Part shown: in pieces, positions 61,701 through 64,000 of the stretch
Layout of the letters: every line of letters starts with the position of its first letter
Position numbering within the stretch: the stretch's first letter is position 1
From: Clostridiales bacterium
GTDB taxonomy: Bacteria; Bacillota; Clostridia; Christensenellales; Aristaeellaceae
Direction: 5' to 3'
DNA length: 64,000 bases
Assembly (NCBI GenBank): GCA_015056325.1
Contig: SVGL01000003.1
Location: forward strand, 82,927 to 146,926
The notes under the pieces: generated by a model
Database searches by the model: none
The model's input: only the letters and a program-made list of their open reading frames with translations
Told to the model about the DNA's origin: nothing
Program-made: the position numbers and the translations under genes

Positions 61701-62118
61701 GGAAGCCGCCATCGCCAAGACGCTGCAATTGAAGGGCGTGGTGCTCTCGGAGGTGAGCGTGGTCTCTGCCATGGACGCGGAGGGCGACGCCCTGGGCAAG
61801 ATCTTCAACAAGAATGGCTCGGTGGCGTCCAGCGCCAATGCCTACTCCCGGGAGGAAATGCAAATCCTGCTCAGCCACACGCAGCAGAAGGCTGCTGACC
61901 TGGCCGACGGCATCCGGGAGGGCGATATCTCCGTCAGCCCTGCGGAAATGAAGGGCTGGAATGCCTGTGAGTGGTGCAGTTATGCCGCCGTCTGCGGGTT
62001 TGATCCCTCGATGCCCCATTGTACAAAGCGTGTACTTCCTTCGCTCACCAGGCAGGAATTGCTGGACAGGATGGCGAATGATAACGATACAGCCCCTCAA
62101 AATGGGAAGAACGAATGA
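58789..62118 (+). CDS. addB: ATP-dependent helicase/nuclease subunit B (AddB/RexB)
   Basis: Track ORF trimmed to MQVKIIGG (GAAGGGAGG RBS). C-terminal PD-(D/E)XK nuclease with Fe-S Cys (SCPYQHF ... GKIDRIDRW ... RVIDYKS ... CEWCSYAAVC). The N-terminal Walker A is degenerate (GGRAGRLL). Confidence 0.88.
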   Translation: MQVKIIGGRAGRLLPHILPQIDRARKAGTRVILLVPEQYTLQAEREIIAGLNLPGLLDIEVLSPRRLTRRIRESGGRSPLAPLDASGRSMAIAQALTASQDELAYYKRVALTPGLPDKMSVLMADMQRAGLTPEALSAHAEALKPGALKAKESDVAKVWSAYLDVIEGRFADETMQQQDIRGRLIPSGVMQDAAVFVYGFDVLPGPMVELLTESAKVCESLTVTMTMDAADAPDGRIFLTQRSSAAQLMKRLQEAEIPVEWRYLPIREEGLTALEYLEKNLFNRQAEPFGGSCEGIAIHAAATPYAEAAHIAKCLKAWHEAGIPWQRMAVAMADESGMSGILATTLSAAGVPHYIARKDSALRHGLVRMLLGALRAATGGYATPDVLHMMKSGFSPLTMDEAHFLENYALENGIDHGRWRKAFTRGDKADLAESLRVRLIAPVESLHDRLKDAKSAAQSVEAVFRLLEDVNAYQTLLHREEELLRRNMGAEAASNRQVWQMVMDLLDQLHALLGERRASMKDIARFVTSGLTGASIASLPPQPEAVMIGEAGHLLTGRIDALVLCGMQDGAMGSSQDSLLTEVERRALSEGHERPIGLTRQETAALRQSDFYRTIALPQRQLLITFAQGSQDGTALRPASLVEDVRSLFPDLTVSGGVTADGSDDLPLSPQLALDALAPRLRALSDGLTDALEPAWANALRWLWQSETWHERTKQVLNAAVAGSPDGRLPLEMTRRVFTQDTVSISRLEKFASCPYQHFVDYGLKPVEREAWAFEADDAGEFYHAALQGFAHAALNHPNWPDLPEEEIDALMEEVLAPLTAQWQDGPLTDTPAMKLQGEKYVRTVKRAAWLFTRHARASRFRTVGEEVEFGTEGGLPPVVLTLKDGRRIALRGKIDRIDRWDGDDGMYLRVIDYKSARKDIDPTRLYHGLQLQLMLYLQAAAQGMQGNAAGAFYFRVNDPLVEAEDVKSAAEAAIAKTLQLKGVVLSEVSVVSAMDAEGDALGKIFNKNGSVASSANAYSREEMQILLSHTQQKAADLADGIREGDISVSPAEMKGWNACEWCSYAAVCGFDPSMPHCTKRVLPSLTRQELLDRMANDNDTAPQNGKNE

Positions 62119-62155
62119 AAAACAATCCGTTTTGCAGGAATCTTCCCCGGAGGGA

Positions 62156-62184
62156 TTGCATCTTTGGCAAAAATGGTTTATAAT
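62156..62184 (+). promoter_or_regulatory. Promoter of the small P-loop gene
   Basis: TTGCAT, 17 nt, TATAAT in the 106-bp addB-downstream spacer. Confidence 0.55.
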
Positions 62185-62224
62185 CGTATCAAGAGTATTA
62201 TCTCTATTGAAGGAGGCGTTTCCA

Positions 62225-62635
62225 ATGATTAAGATCATCGCAGGCAACAAGGGCTCCGGCAAGACCAAGCGGCTCATCGATATGACCAATGATACCGCCA
62301 AGACTGCTGCCGGCAACGTTGTGTTCCTGGATAAGGACAACAGCTACATGTACGAGATCGACCGTGCGGTCCGTTTCGTGAACGTGAACGATTATCACGT
62401 GTCCTCCGCCGAAATGTTCCTGGGCTTCCTGGGCGGCATGCTGGCCAGCAACTACGACATCTCCACCATCTTTGTGGATGCGTTCCTCAAGCTGGTCAAG
62501 GTCGATCTGGCTGACGCCGGCTGGTTCTTCGAGAGCCTGGAGGCCTATGGCAAGAAGCATGACGTGACCTTCGTTCTGTCCGTCAGCGCCGATCCCGAGG
62601 CTATGCCCGAGTTCTGCAAGGCCTACGTCATCTAA
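62225..62635 (+). CDS. Minimal (136-aa) P-loop NTPase-like protein, unknown function
   Basis: Internal start of track ORF 61961..62635 with a GAAGGAGG RBS. Walker A AGNKGSGKTK at aa 6-15 and a Walker-B-like TIFVDAF. Confidence 0.7.
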   Translation: MIKIIAGNKGSGKTKRLIDMTNDTAKTAAGNVVFLDKDNSYMYEIDRAVRFVNVNDYHVSSAEMFLGFLGGMLASNYDISTIFVDAFLKLVKVDLADAGWFFESLEAYGKKHDVTFVLSVSADPEAMPEFCKAYVI

Positions 62636-62646
62636 TCAAAACACGT

Positions 62647-62689
62647 CAGGGCGGTGGTGAGAGTGCTGCCGCCCTGTTCCTTTGCTTTT
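62647..62689 (+). terminator. Rho-independent terminator
   Basis: CAGGGCGG ... CCGCCCTG stem followed by the T-rich TTCCTTTGCTTTT. Confidence 0.6.
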
Positions 62690-62797
62690 GAGGGATGGAT
62701 TGTATACAGAAGGCTGCTTCTCAACAGGACGTACATGGTTTGCGTCCTGCTCAGAATCAGTCATGCATCATCAATATAGATTTGGAGTGTGATTCCC

Positions 62798-64000
62798 ATG
62801 TCTTTCTTCTCCACCCGAGGCGGCGCGGCGGTCACCGCATCCCAGGCGATCCTGTATGGTCTGGCCCCCGACGGCGGTCTGTATGTGCCGGCCATGTTCC
62901 CGCCCATCAGCCTGAAGAAGATCGGCGAACTGGCGGATATGAACTATCGTCAGCGTGCCTGCGCCATTTTGAAGACTTATCTGGAGGACTTCACCATCCC
63001 GGAGATCGAGGCGGCCCTGTCGGCAGCCTATGACGAGAGGAAGTTTGACGATCCCGCCATCGCCCCGATGAAGAAGATCGAGGACGACACCTGGGTGCTG
63101 GAGCTGTTCCACGGCCCGACCCTGGCCTTCAAGGATATGGCGCTGCAGCTGCTGCCCCACCTGACCACCCTCTCCGCGAAGAAGAACGGCGAGGAGCGCG
63201 AGGTGTCCATCCTGGTGGCGACCTCCGGCGATACCGGCAAGGCGGCCCTGGAGGGCTTCAAGGATGTGAAGGGTACCTCCTGCACCGTGTTCTACCCCTC
63301 CGATGGCGTCAGCGACGTGCAGAAGCTGCAGATGACCACTACCGGCGGCGACAACACTCATGTTATCGGCATCCAGGGCAATTTCGACGATGCCCAGACC
63401 GGCGTGAAGAACCTGTTTGCCTCTGCGGCCTTCAACGCCCAGGTCAACGCCAAGGGGAAGGTGCTCTCCAGCGCCAACTCCATCAACTTCGGCCGCCTGG
63501 TGCCCCAGATTGTGTACTACTTCTCCGCCTATGCGGATCTGCTTCAGGCGGGCGCCATCGCCCTGGGCGACCCGGTGAACTTCGTCGTGCCGACCGGCAA
63601 TTTCGGCAACATCCTGGCGGCCTACTATGCCCGCAACATGGGCCTGCCGGTGGGCAAGCTGATCTGCGCGTCCAACCGCAACAACGTCCTGACCGACTTC
63701 TTCCGGAGCGGCGTCTACGACACCCGCCGCACCTTCTTCAAGACCACCTCCCCCTCCATGGACATCCTGCTCTCCTCCAACCTGGAGCGCCTGCTGTATG
63801 AGTGTGCCGACCGCGACGGCGAACTGGTCGCCACCTGGATGAAGCAGCTCAAGGAGTGCTACACCTACGCCATCGGCGAGCAGCGTCAGGAGTGGATGCG
63901 CGACGTGTTCGACGCCGGCTACTGCGACGATATGCAGTGCGCCCAGGAGATCCGCGCCCGCTTTGAAACCGATCACTACCTGATGGACACCCACACCGCC
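62798..64000 (+). CDS. thrC: Threonine synthase (5' part; runs off the window end)
   Basis: Not in the ORF track because no stop is reached. Hand translation from the ATG at 62798 gives MSFFSTRGGAAVTASQAILYGLAPDGGLYVP ... ELFHGPTLAFKDMALQLL (PLP-Lys motif) ... ATSGDTGKAA ... SANSINFGRL. It stays open through 64000. Confidence 0.88.
   Translation, partial: MSFFSTRGGAAVTASQAILYGLAPDGGLYVPAMFPPISLKKIGELADMNYRQRACAILKTYLEDFTIPEIEAALSAAYDERKFDDPAIAPMKKIEDDTWVLELFHGPTLAFKDMALQLLPHLTTLSAKKNGEEREVSILVATSGDTGKAALEGFKDVKGTSCTVFYPSDGVSDVQKLQMTTTGGDNTHVIGIQGNFDDAQTGVKNLFASAAFNAQVNAKGKVLSSANSINFGRLVPQIVYYFSAYADLLQAGAIALGDPVNFVVPTGNFGNILAAYYARNMGLPVGKLICASNRNNVLTDFFRSGVYDTRRTFFKTTSPSMDILLSSNLERLLYECADRDGELVATWMKQLKECYTYAIGEQRQEWMRDVFDAGYCDDMQCAQEIRARFETDHYLMDTHTA

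Noticed and set aside
41270-62118. Clustering of DNA-repair genes (radA, polA, CHC2 gene, addB) as a functional repair island
   Set aside because: The genes are separated by many unrelated housekeeping genes on both strands and have independent promoters and terminators. Only the CHC2 gene has a LexA box, so the clustering is most likely coincidental.
62725-62749. Hairpin CAGGACG-N11-CGTCCTG in the thrC leader as an attenuator, T-box or riboswitch
   Set aside because: There is no T-run and no alternative antiterminator pairing. I could not identify a specifier or T-box motif, and the leader is too short (about 100 nt) for the known classes.
51447-63994. Antisense ORFs 51447..53627 (+), 53380..55344 (+), 57378..58715 (+), 60472..62340 (-) and 62771..63994 (-)
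   Set aside because: They lie opposite the ABC exporters, rlmD, addB and thrC respectively and are shadow ORFs. The 62771..63994 ORF in particular masks thrC, which is missing from the track only because it has no stop inside the window.

Overview
The window looks like a chromosomal segment from a GC-rich (roughly 60% by eye, not computed) anaerobic Firmicute. Gene content suggests Clostridia, Oscillospiraceae/Ruminococcaceae-like, but that is inference only. I call about 50 protein genes and one tRNA-Arg(CCT). I see no rRNA, CRISPR array, intact transposase, integrase or prophage. All protein calls come from motif recognition in the supplied translations, and starts were adjusted by looking for Shine-Dalgarno sequences. 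No database search was possible.

Gene content in order:
- a fused ABC-ATPase/FtsX permease with a large Met-rich outer domain
- a GH31 glycosidase, gdhA and tRNA-Arg
- a 1275-aa secreted Sel1-repeat protein, then a decayed gene-poor zone holding a ParB-like fragment
- a thiol/oxidative-stress cluster: desulfoferrodoxin, rhodanese and CoA-disulfide reductase-rhodanese, divergent from ccdA and a TlpA-like thioredoxin
- a second Sel1-repeat paralog and a clostripain (C11) peptidase
- an hfs-like sensory [FeFe]-hydrogenase cluster: two small [2Fe-2S] proteins, a PAS-hydrogenase, a PP2C phosphatase and a second hydrogenase
- DegV
- two membrane proteins plus an M20 peptidase
- an XRE regulator with 26-aa repeats
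- AraC plus an LplABC-type sugar ABC importer
- GDPD plus an MFS transporter, a GyrI-like protein, a YacL-like PIN/TRAM protein and radA
- an XRE plus two DUF2975 genes, a GNAT and polA
- a heterodimeric ABC exporter pair
- a CHC2 zinc-finger gene behind a consensus promoter with a LexA box
- an SGNH hydrolase, rlmD, addB with no adjacent addA, a 136-aa P-loop protein, and the 5' part of thrC. thrC runs off the window and is absent from the ORF track.

The most unusual signals are non-coding:
1. A ~115-bp structured repeat family has a terminal 6-bp/3-nt hairpin that sits directly on stop codons. Modules of it also occur in frame inside radA and rlmD.
2. A GATC-rich 21-bp iteron block with a 14-bp inverted repeat lies next to the SOS-box/CHC2 gene.
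3. A 35-bp direct repeat (tRNA-Arg 3' end plus terminator) brackets 9.6 kb, and each copy precedes a Sel1 paralog.

The many long antisense ORFs in the track are GC-driven shadow ORFs.
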